From positions 26,350,001-26,414,000 of the forward strand of contig NC_043004.1 of NCBI RefSeq assembly GCF_006345805.1: DNA of 64,000 nucleotides, read 5' to 3'. Each line of letters opens with the position of its first letter. Position 1 is the stretch's first letter. This DNA is from Octopus sinensis. Lineage: Eukaryota. A program made the position numbers and the translations under genes. The notes under the pieces are model-generated. The model did not search any database, was not told the DNA's origin, and worked only from the letters and a program-made list of their open reading frames with translations. Below, piece after piece: positions 1 through 13,196 of the stretch.

Positions 1-760
1 AGGAACAAATGCTAAACTTAATATCATCTTGGCTTTTAGTGTAAAGGTACCATTGTTGTTGTACATAGAATTGTAACTCATGGCAGCTATCTTTTTGTGC
101 ATATTTTGTGCTAAATGGAAAAAATATCCTTTTATTTCAAATTCTGAAAAAGCTTCCTTCATGGCTTTAAAGGCTGCATGTTCGAAATCGCAAATAATAA
201 ATGTTGGGTTTAGTGTTGGCTCAGCATCTTTGAGCATTTCAAACATCTTTGCATAAGTTAATCACTGCTTGTTTGGCAAAAGAGAATAGGCCACCACAAG
301 ACCATCGAATTTCTTTGCAAGAATGAATGTAAACTTGTGAAAATAATCTTGAAGAATGTAAATGCTGCAGCCAACTTTCTCTCCCAAAAAGCAAAATTCT
401 ATAGAGTCTGGGGCCACTATAGCCGATCAGGAAATTTTCTTCTCTTCCTTCCTCAGAAATGTAAATTTTGTACTGGTGTGGCAGCTCTAAGCCTTGAAGA
501 TCTACAGGACACAGAGGTGGGGTACTTAAGGCTCTCCTTTTGTGTTTTATAGTTTTCCTCATGGCTGAAGCATCTGGCAATGATCCAAGTGTCACCCGAG
601 AGGCATTTGTTAATACTTCACTTATTACTGCACTTGGCTTTTCAATAGTGTCTTCGGCATGACGTTTCAAGGTTGTGTGCACTTTAGCCGCTTTTATATT
701 AACTGCACATGAATTATGGTGATGTGCATTTCCTTCCTTGATAACTGCACCAAACTTCAT
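1..760 (-). mobile_element. MULE/Mutator-type transposase remnant (frameshifted, runs off window start)
   Basis: ORF 239-760 (HHH..C, KRHAEDTIEKPSAVISE, LPDASAMRKTIKHKRR) continues in another frame to IICDFEHAAFKAMKEAF..GYFFHLAQN, matching the MULE D-F-E / CxxH-like core. 16-bp subterminal-type repeats (gttgagttgtcc) at about 2030-2075 may mark its end. Confidence 0.75.
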
Positions 761-920
761 ATGAATCCTTGCATTGCATCTAGAACCTTGATCACAACAA
801 CAAAATTTTATATTGTTATCACTCTTACTAAACTTATGAAATACAAATAAATGTCCTTTATATGTAATTTTTTCTTGTCCTCATTGACTAAGAATTTCCA
901 TTATTATTATTATCATCATC

Positions 921-1140
921 AAGGCGACAAGCTGGCAGAATCATTAGCATGACAGGTGAAATGCTTAGTGATATTTCATCCATCTTTACATTCTGGGTTC
1001 AAATTCTGCTGAGATCGACTGTCCTTTTTGTCCTTTCGGGGTTGATAAAAGAAATACCAGTGAAACACTGGGGTCGATGTAATCAACTAGTTCCATCCCC
1101 ATAAAACATCTGGCCATGTATCTTTAACAGGAAGAATTAA
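921..1140 (+). mobile_element. tRNA-derived SINE (aaggcggcgagctggcagaa family), old copy
   Basis: Same head and body as the young copy at 31399-31624; follows a (tta)n/(tca)n run. Confidence 0.75.
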
Positions 1141-1149
1141 TATTATTAC

Positions 1150-1606
1150 CACACCAGTGTTGCATAACCAGCCCGCTCAAAAGTACCTTGAATCGTAGGG
1201 CAACATGCTGTGCTTGAGATGACCTATTTAGTCAAGTACATCAACATCAGCAATATCAAAATCAAATCAAATGGAAATTGTAGTTGTGAGCCCCATGCCA
1301 GTAGCACATAAAAAGCACCATCTGAACGTGGCCGATGCCAGTGCCGCTTTGACTGGCTTCCATGCCAGTGGCATGTAAAAAGCACCATCCGATCGTGGTC
1401 AATGCCAGGTCCTCTGGTCCCTGTGCCAGTGGCACATAAAAAACACCCTCTACACTCTCAGAGTGGTTGGCATTAGGAGGTGCATCCAACTGTAGAAACA
1501 CTGCCAGATCAGATTGGGGCCTGGTGTAGCCTCCTGGGTTCCCAGACCCCAGTCGAACTGTCCAACCCATGCCAGTATGGAAAACGGATGTTAAACGATG
1601 ATGATG
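1150..1606 (+). mobile_element. RTE-type LINE 3' end with 3 tandem GTGCCGGTGGCAC-AAAAAGCACC units and (GAT)n tail
   Basis: Homologous to the 3' UTR that follows the RT C-terminus at 16189-17305. Confidence 0.75.
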
Positions 1607-2099
1607 GTGTAATCCAACTTTCAAAATTTCTACATCTTAATGTCAATCTCAAGAGCTGTGACTGCCAATAACGGTAGAAAAATATGAATTCTTAATATTC
1701 CTTCTTTGAATGGTTTAGAGCAATCTAATTACCTTCGACACAAGCTAAATAGGCCATTATGACCAAAAAAATAATTGCAACAAACTGCTAAATTGAAGAA
1801 GCTTGGGACGATCGTGAAGCAAACAGCCCACTGTTCTGGAATACACACACACACATATAGATATAATTACATCCTTTATAAGTTACTTTTATTCGAATTT
1901 TAAAAGTTCTGCTTTTTTTTTTTATTCAAGCCATGTATTCAGATTAATCTTTTTATAAATTTCTGGTAATGTTATAAAACGAATAAAGTTATAAAATGAG
2001 TAAATTATTTATTAATCAATTTTCCTGCTGTTGAGTTGTCTTGGTGTTGAATTGTCCTGGCATTGAGTTGTCCCAATTCGAAATGAGACACTACCACAT

Positions 2100-3905
2100 T
2101 AAAGGATATATAAATAAAAATTAAAGAAATAAATAATTAGAATCCCCAAAAGCAGGGCAGTTCATTTCAGGTAATTTGGGATAAACCCCATGCAAAATTC
2201 CAGATTATTCTGCCGTCCCCAAAGCATGGGTAAATGCCCTTTCCAGTTTCTTTCTTTCTGCAAAGAAAAATGTACTCAGAGTTGATCCATTCAGTCTCAC
2301 CCATTTTGCCACTTTTGTCCACCTTTTGATAAATACACTAGAAGGCAGCACCTCCCTCTACCCTCACCTTCCTCATCAAATGATATCTGAAGAAATTATT
2401 GAAAGCTTGGTCAGACAAGAATGTGCCTATCTTCAAACCTTTCAGACAGGTCCACTACACAGCATCTTTTGCCACAGCCACTAAGCAGAAAAAGATCTAC
2501 CTTCCTTTTCTGTGAAAGGAAGGTGGTGCAACAATCATCACTATATCTTTGGCAGACAGCTGGATTCATCATATATGAGACAGCAACTGCTCCATGCAAA
2601 CCCACAACTCTCTAATGCACAGACACTGAATGATTGCATGCAGGACAGTTTTGTCCTCCTGCATGCATCTCAGGCAGGTTCAGCAATTGGCACTTCCATA
2701 CCCTGTAACACTGCCATACCAAAGACTTTTGGAAATTGTCCATCATCTTTGACTCAAAAAGTTCTCTGGCAGAGACTACTCAGACTGTTCTTGTTGATGC
2801 CCAGAGTCAATCCTAGGCCATCGTCACTCATACCCTTAACAAGCCTCCTACAGAAATCTTGGGTTGTTTTCCTGCTAATGGTTTTGTCCAGCTAGTACAA
2901 TGCACCTGGCAACATTCTAAATGCCAAATACCCAATCTTGTTCTGTTTAGATGAGCTACAGAAAGATGTGTCACACAACAGATGCACACACTAGTTCATC
3001 CATATTTTCATTGCCATCATTCACACCATTGCAATGATTTAGATATTTCTGCACATGCGTCAGCCTCTATGCATGGCACTGCATCATCAAAGATGGCACC
3101 CCAAGACCACCATGGTGTGGGTGTAGACAGCAGTTGGCTTTTCTGGCCAGCAGAACCTGACCCTTCCATAAAAATTGAAAAAGCAAGTGATCCAATCTGG
3201 TCAGAGATTTCTTGGGACAAGGTAGAATGGCTATGCAGCAGTACACTACTGAGGTGATGTATGCATTTACTACATCTGCCTGGCCTTTCAGAGACAATGT
3301 TCTTTTAGCCCATTTCTAGGGGAGCTTGGCCACCCTGGCCACGACCTTTTCCCAGTTCCTATCTACTTGGAGATTTGGTCAGAACCAGAATCTGAGCACA
3401 TTCACCGGACCCTCCATCCAGCAACTGAAATTGTCACTAGTCAACAGACTTGCCTCTCCAAGAGCCTAGGTGCAAACTTACTGATCTGTCCTGGTTTATG
3501 AGTGCTCCTGTACATGCCTGATATTCTTTCAGTATAGTGTCGATCATTTCTATGTCTGAAGAGTTTGACAACATAACAATGATGTCATCCACATATGCAG
3601 ACACAGTGCTCCTCAGGCTTAGTTCCAGTGGGATATCCCTCAAATTCTTCAGCCTTTGCAGCAAAAGATTCTAATGCCAGAATATATAAAAGCAGGGTGT
3701 GGGGCATCCTTGGCAAACTGAGTGTTCAATACTGAAAGGTTCTGATAGGTGGCAATTTAATTTGACAACCAAGCAGATACCACTATACATTGTGGTGATC
3801 TGGCCTCTGAAGATGGAATCAAAACTGACAGCTTTTAGGACAGACACCAGATAGCAATGGTCCACCCAGTCAAAAGCTTTGGACTGATCCAAATTCACCA
3901 AAGCC
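2100..3905 (-). mobile_element. Degenerate Tx1/L1-clade LINE (RT and C-terminus)
   Basis: Fragments NLDQSKAFDWVDH, SVCQGCP, AYVDD, VVNAYITSVVYCCIAILPCP are homologous to the better preserved copy at 40133-42633; many stops. Confidence 0.8.
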
Positions 3906-4019
3906 CCTCCAAAGCCTCTTCAGGTAATACAGCAGAAATTTGCCTGAAACTACCAAATGTTGAATAAGAATTTCAAACTGAGGAAAATGACACACATTTT
4001 AAGGTAAGATGTAGTTATG

Positions 4020-4511
4020 ATGCCTGTGCCGGTGGCACGTAAAACGCACCATCCGAACATGGCCGATGCCAGCGCTGCCTTGACTGGCTTCTGTTCTGGT
4101 GGCACATGACCTGCTGTGCTTGAGGAGACCTATTGAGTCAAGTACACCAACATCAAAATAAATATCAAATGGAAATTGTAGTTGTGATACCTGTGCCGGT
4201 GGCATGTAAAAAGCACCATTCGAACGTGGCCAATGCCAGCGCCGCCTTGACTGGCTTCTATGCCGGTAGCACGTAAAAAGCACCAACTGATCGTGGCCAC
4301 TGTCAGCCTCCCCTGGCACCTGTGCTGGTGGCACGTAAAAAACACCCACTACACTCTTGGAGTGGTTGGAATTAGGAAGGGCATCCAGCTGTAGAAACAC
4401 TGCCAGATCAGACTGGAGCCTGGTGCAGCCTCCTGGTTTCCCAGACCCTGGTCGAACCGTCCAATCCATGCTAGCACGGAAAACGGATGTTAAACGATGA
4501 TGATGATGATG
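4020..4511 (+). mobile_element. RTE-type LINE 3' end with about 5 tandem units and (GAT)n tail
   Basis: Same tail as 1150-1606 and 17104-17305. Confidence 0.8.
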
Positions 4512-4569
4512 AGAGCTACTACCACTGTTGACAACAAAGATCTTTTCCCTAATAGTGAAGAGTAGATTG

Positions 4570-4960
4570 TATAATGCTTGTATTAGAACATGCTACATGA
4601 TAATAAGATGTGGTCCTTGAATGCAGAGCACTTGAGAAGACTGAAAAGAAATGAAGTGAGCATGCTTCATTTGATGTGCAATGTGAGTATGTATCAAAGA
4701 ATTAGTACAAAAGTGCTTAGTGAAAAACTGAGTGTAAGAGGAATCAGATGTGTTCAAGAAAGAAGATTGTGCTGGTATGGACATACGTGATGCGTGTGGT
4801 TAAGGACAGTTGTATGAAGTGTCAATCGCTTAACACAGTGAAACCTGTAGAAGACATGGAAGGAAGTGATGAAAGCTAACTTCAAGATACTGAGCCTGAT
4901 AGATGAGAGGTCAAAGGACCAGGATCTTTTGTCATTTAAGGTTCTCAAAAAGATGTGCCC
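4570..4960 (+). mobile_element. Degenerate RTE RT C-terminal fragment
   Basis: MLH..MW.LNAEHLRRLKRNEVSMLHLMCNVS..QERRLCWYGH is paralogous to 16189-16638. Confidence 0.7.
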
Positions 4961-7035
4961 TCCTCAGTAAAACCAAATTCTGGAAGCCTCACGTCTTGTG
5001 TTCTCCATCTGTTACAGTAACGCTCCTCTCCACTACCATGCCTCTTTCCCCTCCCACCAGTTTTACAGATTACCCCACCATATATCTTTCGTCGGCTACC
5101 CACTAGCCCCTGTAACTTACCATCTCCCATTCTTTTGCATCCCTTTATCTTCTCCAGCTCATGGTTCCTGTCTCAACCACTCTTCAACCCCATTTACTTT
5201 GACAGTTTGCATCCCCATTCCTAATTCATCTTTCCATATAATCTTGCAAATCAACCACCCACTTCTACTCAGCCTGTGCCTGGATACCTTATCACCATAA
5301 TTTTCTCTCTCACACCACCTCTTTTCCCCCCTACTAGATGTAAATAGTCATACACTTCTCATAGTAATCCTTTCATCCCATAACATGAAGCTGCTCCTCT
5401 CCCCAAGGTTCTTAGTTTTGCAAACTGCATGGCAAACTCAATAGTGCAGGTAGCACGAAAAAACACCCAGCCCACATTCTAAAGTGGTTGGTATCAGGAA
5501 GGGCATCCAGCTGTAAAAACCATGCCAAAGCAGACATGAGCTCGATGAAGTCTTTGGATTCCTGTCAAACCATCCAACTCCTACCAGTATGGTACATAGA
5601 CGTTAAATAATAATGAAGAGGTGGAAGTAGAGCCAAACTGATACCAGTACTTCATTGTAAATTACCTTAGCAATGCCAAATTTTAGGTTGTCTCAAATAT
5701 TTTTTGAGAGGAACACAAAAGTCATGTAACCGTTTCAGTCGCTAGGTTGTGGTCATGCTGGGGCACAGCCTTGAATGGTTTAGCCGAACAAATCAATTCC
5801 TGTATTTATTCAGTGGTGGTAGGGACAAACACACATATCCCTTGCCCGTATGTCATTCCATACTCTTGCAACCTCTGAAGCATGACGCAAGTCCTCTGAC
5901 ACTATGGATTCTGTTGAACTGCCCAATGCCCAAACTTAAAGATGATGATGTTATATGTCTACACGACAAGCTTCCACTCAATTTCCATTTATCAAATTCA
6001 AACACTGACAGCTTACTTTTGAAAATTGGATTCTTTTTCTCTGAATCGTTCTCAGTTTTTATAACATTCACAAATGAAACGAAAGGGAATTTTTTGTATC
6101 AACCTTGGATGTACGGATGGCCAAGTTGTGAGATTTGTAAATAATGCAAGCTATTTCAATCTGCATCATTTCTGTTGATTTGCCGCATACATAAATAAAG
6201 TGTCATTACATATTTCTAATAAATTAGATGTTGCAGTTGAGATAGTCACTAGTCGCAGTAAGTTACTACTTACTGCGACTAAGGATCAGATTTGGTCTTG
6301 TGAAAATAACGATATGAAAGTGATTTTGCTATGGTGGTTATATTGTAGGTGAATATGACTTCACAACAAGAATTAAAATATAAGCGATATAATGAATTAG
6401 AATAGACTTAAGACATCTTAAACAGATCGCTGTCGTACAAGAAATAGCTGCTAAATCTCATTTAAATCACATCTTGCCGTCTTGAAGAAAAAAAGAAAGA
6501 AACACACTGACCAAAGTAGTCTCAGATACATAAAAAGAAGAGAATTGGTAACGGGAAGATGCTCATCATAGTTTAGCTCTAAGAGGGGTAAAACGGATTC
6601 ATCTTATCACCTGTTTAGGTAATTCATTGAAGAAAAAGAAAAAAAAAAGTGTAATTGTAACAAGACAATATTCAAAGAATGAAATATTAAAGTAACTGGA
6701 CAGCAAGGAGATTCTAGCCAGGTGTGCGCGCGCGCAAATTATATCGGTTCGAGTATTGTAAGGGACCTCAAACATATCAGACAATACAATTTATAAATAC
6801 ACAAATCTGTGTGTGTGTGTGCGTATGTATATATTCCATTAAGGTGTAAAAGATAAACATGGTTGATAAAAGAGAGTAAAAACCGGTGCAATGCGAGGTG
6901 AAGAGAAAGTGCAAAGAGATAAATATACAAGGCAAAAACTTTTTTTTTAAATGGCTTGTAAAGGTAAACAGGACAATGATGAAATTGCACATCCAAAATA
7001 AAAGGAAGAGAGCGACGAATGTGCTTGTTATTTAC

Positions 7036-7083
7036 CAGATCGTATTCTTCATCGTCATCGCACATAAAGTCCGAGTCCGACAT
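7036..7083 (-). CDS. COPS2: COP9 signalosome subunit 2, first coding exon (MSDSDFMCDDDEEYDL)
   Basis: ATG at 7083; the peptide matches the remembered metazoan CSN2 N-terminus (MSDMEDDFMCDDEEDYDL). A phase-0 GT donor (gtaaat, 7035-7030) follows the Leu codon at the position I recall for the vertebrate intron. No further exons found in 1-7035. Confidence 0.85.
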
Positions 7084-7615
7084 TTTGTCCCGATTCTGCA
7101 GAGAATACCACACAATCTAATTACGTCATAGATTTCTGTGAACGCATGTGGAAAATGTTTATGTCAAAAATTGTTTTGTCATGAGTTTATGTACGTCGAT
7201 ATATGTGACGTAGTTGTGTATCACAACCAGGCACATTGGTTCTGATTGTAGCAATATAATGTCTCCAGAAGAAGACGAAGCAGCTGAGATATAGGAATAT
7301 ATATATATTTACACACACATATTTATATACATACACACCATATATAAGAAACACATCGACAACGTTCTTCTCTGGAACAATTTACATTATCGTATTTTTT
7401 TTTTTGGCGTGTTCAATCATTTGTCAACTTAAATGTCTTGTAGGTTGACATGGTCGCTGTATCTTCTTCCAACGGTCAGCTTATCGATTCGGAGATAACT
7501 GACTGCCTCTCCTGTTTGTATTGTAAATAATTAACATCGCCTAAGGAGGAGTATTTTGGAGTTGTCTTAGACCATTAAAACACTCCATCATCACCAACAA
7601 CACCGAACGACCAAC
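7084..7615. promoter_or_regulatory. Putative bidirectional promoter / 5' UTR interval between COPS2 and DDA1
   Basis: 532 bp between divergent ATGs; no recognisable TE, CpGs retained, CCAAT-like cattgg near 7215. Position is observed; function is inferred. Confidence 0.65.
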
Positions 7616-7618
7616 ATG
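7616..7618 (+). CDS. DDA1: DDA1 coding exon 1 (ATG only)
   Basis: ccaacATG|gtaagt consensus donor; joins in frame to the exon at 8668. An ATG-only first exon is also what I recall for vertebrate DDA1. Confidence 0.8.
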
Positions 7619-8667
7619 GTAAGTGGACATGGGTCAGTTAATGAACTAACAGATATATTGTCTGAATGACTTTTTTTCAATAAACCACCCCTCTCTCTCA
7701 TATCGTGTGTGTGTGCATGTATGTATAATGTATATATGTGTACCCGTATATACGCATGTCTTGCATCAATTACCGAGTCATTAAGTCGTTGTTTAAGCCC
7801 CAGGTCAGCTCTGTTTTAAAAGATCTCGTTCTAGACCTGAACAACCGGGGTTTTGTATATCTAAGATACATTAGCCATTTTGCCCATTATTTTTTAAGAC
7901 ATTACGAGAGAATTTATCTGCTATTTCTAACCAGTTGAGTTGCTTTATGTCATATGTACACACACCTATATATACATATATGTGCGCGCGCGCGTGTTCT
8001 ATGTATTAAACAGAATTCGGGGCGGAGTTTTGGTGTACCATTTCCTTGAAGTTCTGTACTCCATGAGAAAGGAATCAGGGGTGGAGAGAAATTTTTTGAA
8101 AGGAAAAATGTTTTCGGAATCCTAATTTCCGCTGTATGAAATGCAAAAATAGTAAAACATTACGGGGTGGAAATGTTCTCTTTTCACATGAGGTATGTGA
8201 ATTCGAAGGACAGTTATTCTAAAACTCCACGGATTTCGTTAACCATTACTCGCCACAACATTTATTTATTAAACACACAGTTTGGTGATCTAGACATTTT
8301 CGCCCTTCATTTACCATGTTTTCACATTCTTAGTGAGAGAAAAACCTATTTTTACATTTTAAGGTCCAAAGTTAAAGGAAGTCTTGGAAAAAAAAAGAAA
8401 AAAAACTCCGACATAGTGGGGAGGTGGCATAAGGGAACCATCGAAGACTAAGTCTTCAGTGAATGTGATATAGTGACAGTATTGAATAAACACGTAATAA
8501 CAAATTTGAAGAATTTACCCTTTCAGATCGTCCTTTTACAGTTTAATAATCTATTTCTGTCACCTTAATTATACGTTCGTTATCATAATTGTACATTATA
8601 TATATTTATATAAACGATGGATCGATCTGTTATTCATTGGACTTCTTTTCTGTCTTTATAATGCCAG

Positions 8668-8748
8668 GCGGAATTTCTAAAAGGATTGCCTTGTTACAAT
8701 GAACACAACTTTACAAGATTTCATCCCGATTCTGGTTGTAAAACTAGT
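8668..8748 (+). CDS. DDA1: DDA1 exon 2 ([27 protein letters not shown])
   Basis: cag acceptor at 8665-8667, gtaagt donor, 81 nt; matches the DDA1 N-terminus [27 protein letters not shown]. Confidence 0.95.
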
Positions 8749-8899
8749 GTAAGTACTTGTTCAGTATTAAAATATATTTACAAGAGGTTCCCAGAAACGG
8801 TTGTATGTAAATGTGTATTGTGGTTTTATCAACATTCTTTTTATTGTGTGTGTATGTGTGTTTGGTTGTCTTACAACGACTACGATATTATTTACATTT

Positions 8900-9170
8900 A
8901 TAACGCAGTAACTGAATGGATGTCTTCATACGTAGCCACCCAATGTATATTACGTACCTTCCCATACATAGAGACCCTGTGTACTATATTTCTTCCCTCA
9001 CAGAAATACCTTGTGTACTATTCACCTTCCCACACAAGGTACCCTGTGTATTACATACCCCTCCATACACATTCTGTGTATTACCTTCGCACACAAACTC
9101 TGATAACCAGTATTACATATCTTCACATAGATGATCTGTATTATATTCCTACACTCATAGATATGTATGG
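8900..9170. repeat. Degenerate minisatellite of about 35 bp (ccctgtgtactat..ccttcccacaca)
   Basis: Repeated ctgtgta(c/t)ta and ccttc motifs at regular spacing. Confidence 0.5.
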
Positions 9171-10699
9171 ACAACAAACTTTCATATTTATTACTTCGTC
9201 TTATTTGATAGAAATGTAAACTTTCTCAGTGTTACTAAACGTGCTTGTGAATTTACTGCCACACTCCTTTAATATTGTTTCTTTGCTGATACTATGGTCC
9301 AGATTGCTCCTGCAGATCCCTTAATTCCACTTTAACTAGACTCATGACCATTCTCCAACAACAGACATACATAGCAATTATTATCCCTTATACTGTTTAG
9401 AAGCTAATTAATATTTTTGAAAAAAAACTTTGACTTTTTCTCACTTCTCTACTGATAAACTTTACAGACTGTCAGAGAAAAGTCATTTTCCATGTTTCAT
9501 TCTACACTGTGCAGTTATTAGCTCATAGAAATGACGCGACGAGCCTATTATAAATAGAAGCTAATCAAGGACTATTATTGAACTTTCTCTCACTGATGAA
9601 AAAAAGTTACCATTTCTGTGGAGATTGGCAAGCCATATGTTTGACATTTTTGTTAGAAGAATTCCGTATTATTTATAGAATATCTTTTGCTAAATTTATT
9701 CTTTCAGACATGGCTGTGAACTGACTCACTTGTGGACATTATATGTTGTCGCATTGCTAGTTTTCACATATTTGATTTAACACAATGGTTACATGATCTG
9801 TATTAGGTTTTGCAGTTCATTGTGGGAACTTCATTATTCTGTTGGAAAAGGACCTTGTACAGCTACAATATTATTTGGATGTAAATATGACCTCTATGAG
9901 ATACACTAAATGATGACACGTTATTGTATAAATTGCAAATAGCAATAATACAATGGATTAGCTGAACATACAATAATCTAAGACAATAACCATGGAGAAT
10001 ATGTGGGAGAATTTGGTAAGGAAAACTATGCTGTTTAGAACTTAGGTACATACCTTCAAATATATATTGAAAAAATGCTTGAAAGTGCCAAAAAGAGTGG
10101 TAGTTATAATCATAAACATGTGAAGTACTTGTTAGTTGGTCTCAAGTAATTTGACTTCTACAAAAAAAAAAAATTGTCAGGGACCTGCGTTAGACTCATT
10201 GAAAAGTGAACTCATTATTCAGAGCAGCTACATTTTATTGATGTCCTAATAATATAAAGCCAGGAAATGACAAGGTTCTAAAGAACAATACATCTTTAAT
10301 AAACAGCTTGGATGAAAATACTAATTGTGAATGCAAGTGTTGTAAGTTGCTAGAGAATGACCAACCAAATACTAAAGTGTTGATAATTTGGTCCATAAAA
10401 ATGACATTGGTGAGCATTGATGACTCTATAAATAATATATTTGTAAATGGTGCTCAACCACCTCTTCCTAGGAAAGTATATTTGAAATTTCTAAGAAGTT
10501 TTATTTGCAAAGAGATTTCTTGGAAGATATATGTAGAGTACACCAAGTACTGATATTAAAACCAAATATAAGGTAAAGCAAAGCTGTCAAACTGAAAACA
10601 AAACAAACTGTTCTCAGAAAAATGCCACATTCAACAAGATGCATTAAAGAAATGAGTCATTTAACAAAACAGTCTTTAGTTCTAATGACAGCCAGTGCA

Positions 10700-11590
10700 G
10701 TAATGGCATTTCAGGATCAGGTTGTCCTTGTCTTTCATGCCAACAGTAGCAGCTCCTAATGAGTCCTTGGCAAAGTGGGTCTATCGGTTAGTTCTTCCCT
10801 CTTATAATATCCTGATACATAAATCCAGTGTTTTATATTGGGAGAGTTAGGAAGTCACAAATTTGGGGTATTGGAGAGGGGTGACCTAAAAATTCTTGGC
10901 CAGCCATTTCAGGTTGATGAGGGTGGTAGAAAGCAAAGTTCTGTTAGAACATGCACAACAGTTCCCATCTTGGCCAGTTACTTGATGCAATGTTTGGCCA
11001 TCATGTGCAGCACCTTGATGTAAGCAGTAGTTTTGACCATTAGTCCCTGTGTGACATTGTTCTTGTTGCTTATGAGCTCTAGGACTGAGAAATGATGTAC
11101 AAATGGGTGTATATATATATATATATATATCATTGTTTTATCACCTACAGAGTTGGCTACAATAATGTCCATATAGAACCACCTATCATTTTCCTGCACT
11201 CTTGTTTTCAATGAAAGTTCCCCTCAACAGAGAATTAGAGCATGAGGTTTTCTTGAGTTTGTTCAGCAGGTCTTTCAACTGGATCACATAGCCAGTTTGA
11301 CTTTTACTGTACATGAACGACCCTCATCATCACAAGATTTGGAGCTGATGTTCTTGTTTGCTCTATGTCTGATAGTAAACCCTGTCACCTTGAGCTGCTC
11401 AGCAATGGCTCTCATTGACCTGCTGGGGCAGCCATTGATTATGTCCTAAACCTGCTGGACAAACTTGGCCAACCTGATAATTTCTGATGACACTGTTTCT
11501 CTGACATGTTCCACCAAAGTAGGAAGACCTTCCCAACCCTGAACATGAAATACCCAGCTATGTTCATAAAGCTGGTGATCTCCATGCCAT
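10700..11590 (-). mobile_element. Highly degenerate Tc1/mariner-superfamily transposase remnant
   Basis: Interrupted HTH-like, YIKVL..M.K and P.SP..L-type segments on the minus strand; multiple stops. Confidence 0.45.
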
Positions 11591-11994
11591 TGAGGTTGCT
11601 GGCTACTACAATAAGCATGGTGTGCTATTATTTCCTGTGTTAGAGCAGGGGGAGATAACCATGTTGATATTGTCAGTAAATTTTGAAGTGAAATAAGTTA
11701 AAATTTGGTGCCTGCCTCATAGCATTGCATTAGATCATATTCCACTTATGACCCCTTGAACTTCTGTTCACAAATAGTTGGGATTTCTATGTGTGTGTAT
11801 GTACACACATTCAAATACAATGACAGACTTTATATGACATTGTAAGTTAAAGAAACGAAGAAAAGAATGGATTAAGAATTATTTTCTATGTTGTTTATAT
11901 ATTTGTCTTTATACCATTTTGTTGGCGTTGGTTTTGAGAAAGTGAAGTAATTTTCAAAATTTGAGGAATAAAAATATATATTTCTTTGACCATG

Positions 11995-12195
11995 CTGGTT
12001 TGTATACATCCAATCAGAGACATTCTATAATCTTGTTTATATACACCCAGTCAGAAACATTCTGTAATCTTGTTGCTTTATATATCCCCAGTCAGAGGAA
12101 TTCTATATTCTAGTTGGTTTATATACATTGAGAGATATTGTATAAGCTTGATTTACAGACATCTATTTAGAGACATTCTATAATCTATAATACGC
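11995..12195. repeat. Minisatellite, about 5 copies of a 36-42 bp unit (tatacacccagtcagagacattctataatcttgtt)
   Basis: Direct tandem repeats visible in the sequence. Confidence 0.75.
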
Positions 12196-13196
12196 CCTGT
12201 AAAAAACTCAGTTCTGAGTATAACTAAAGAAGTATGCCACTAAAACTGCCTCCTGTTTTTAAATAAAAATAGATTACTAATACTAGTCTTGTCAGATGAA
12301 TTTGAACCGTCAACGTTTTGGATTGAGCATTCTTTACTACTATTGTGCTGGCAGTCAAAAATTATACAAAAGTGAGTTAACCCAAACAATGGACTATTCA
12401 CAGCATCTGCTACAATAAAAAGCAAGAATATGTTCTTGATGACAGAGCTCCACCACTCGCATTTGCAAATTGCTCTGTTACTTATAAAATTTTATATATT
12501 TGATTCATTTCTCATTCAGCAAAATATGGCAAATCTGATGACAAGGATGAGATTACCCTAAGCTACTAAGTATATGAATGGTAACTGTAAATTTAATTTG
12601 CGAAATTATTCTATCATTTATACAAAGGAAAAATTGTTTTGCTGGATGGCTAAACCAGTCAAAATATGTGTGACTAATGAACAATTGGGAGCAATTTTGA
12701 AGATGCAGCAGTTTCAGTTTGAAGTGACTCAAATGTGGCTGATCATGGTGTTGACCAAGCAAAAGATAATTTAGTCATCAAGTCAAGTCACTGACATAAC
12801 TGAAAACGGTTGTCACATAATTCTATTATCCTGATGCAAGTATGTGTTTTGTCATGTGGTTCAAAAGATTTGAAGGTATTTTAGAAATTGAACTGAAATA
12901 CAAGGAAGATGTATAGCAAGTTAGGCTACTCTTGAGGAAACCTGGCACACCAGAACACAACATGTTGCTATTTTATTCTACCATGGAATACAAGGGATTT
13001 GACTTTTGACCACACTGTGCAACAACTGTCAAAAATCTTTAGTGAGTGTTCCTTGTTGTTCGATATTTGATACCTGTTTATGAAAGGGAAGACTGTATCA
13101 CTTTTGCAAGTCTTAAATGCAAACAGTTCAAGCTATGTTTGAAGACCAGTTCTGATGCTTGATTTTCATTTGCAGCTTAGAGTCACATATCGTCTG

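Noticed and set aside
5749-6144. 131-aa plus-strand ORF and a gtaagc donor-like site on minus near 6016
   Set aside because: Starts in a SINE remnant, has no recognisable domain, and does not extend COPS2.
1-7035. COPS2 exon 2 (expected EYSEDSNSEP.VDLENQYYNSK)
   Set aside because: Not found on the minus strand by eye; presumably lies left of the window.
7480-7490. DRE-like TATCGATT in the bidirectional promoter
   Set aside because: One mismatch from TATCGATA, expected by chance in AT-rich DNA, and relevance outside insects is not established.
12200-13150. Non-repetitive-looking segment, possible decayed DNA transposon or retrocopy
   Set aside because: Stops in all frames and no motif I can identify.
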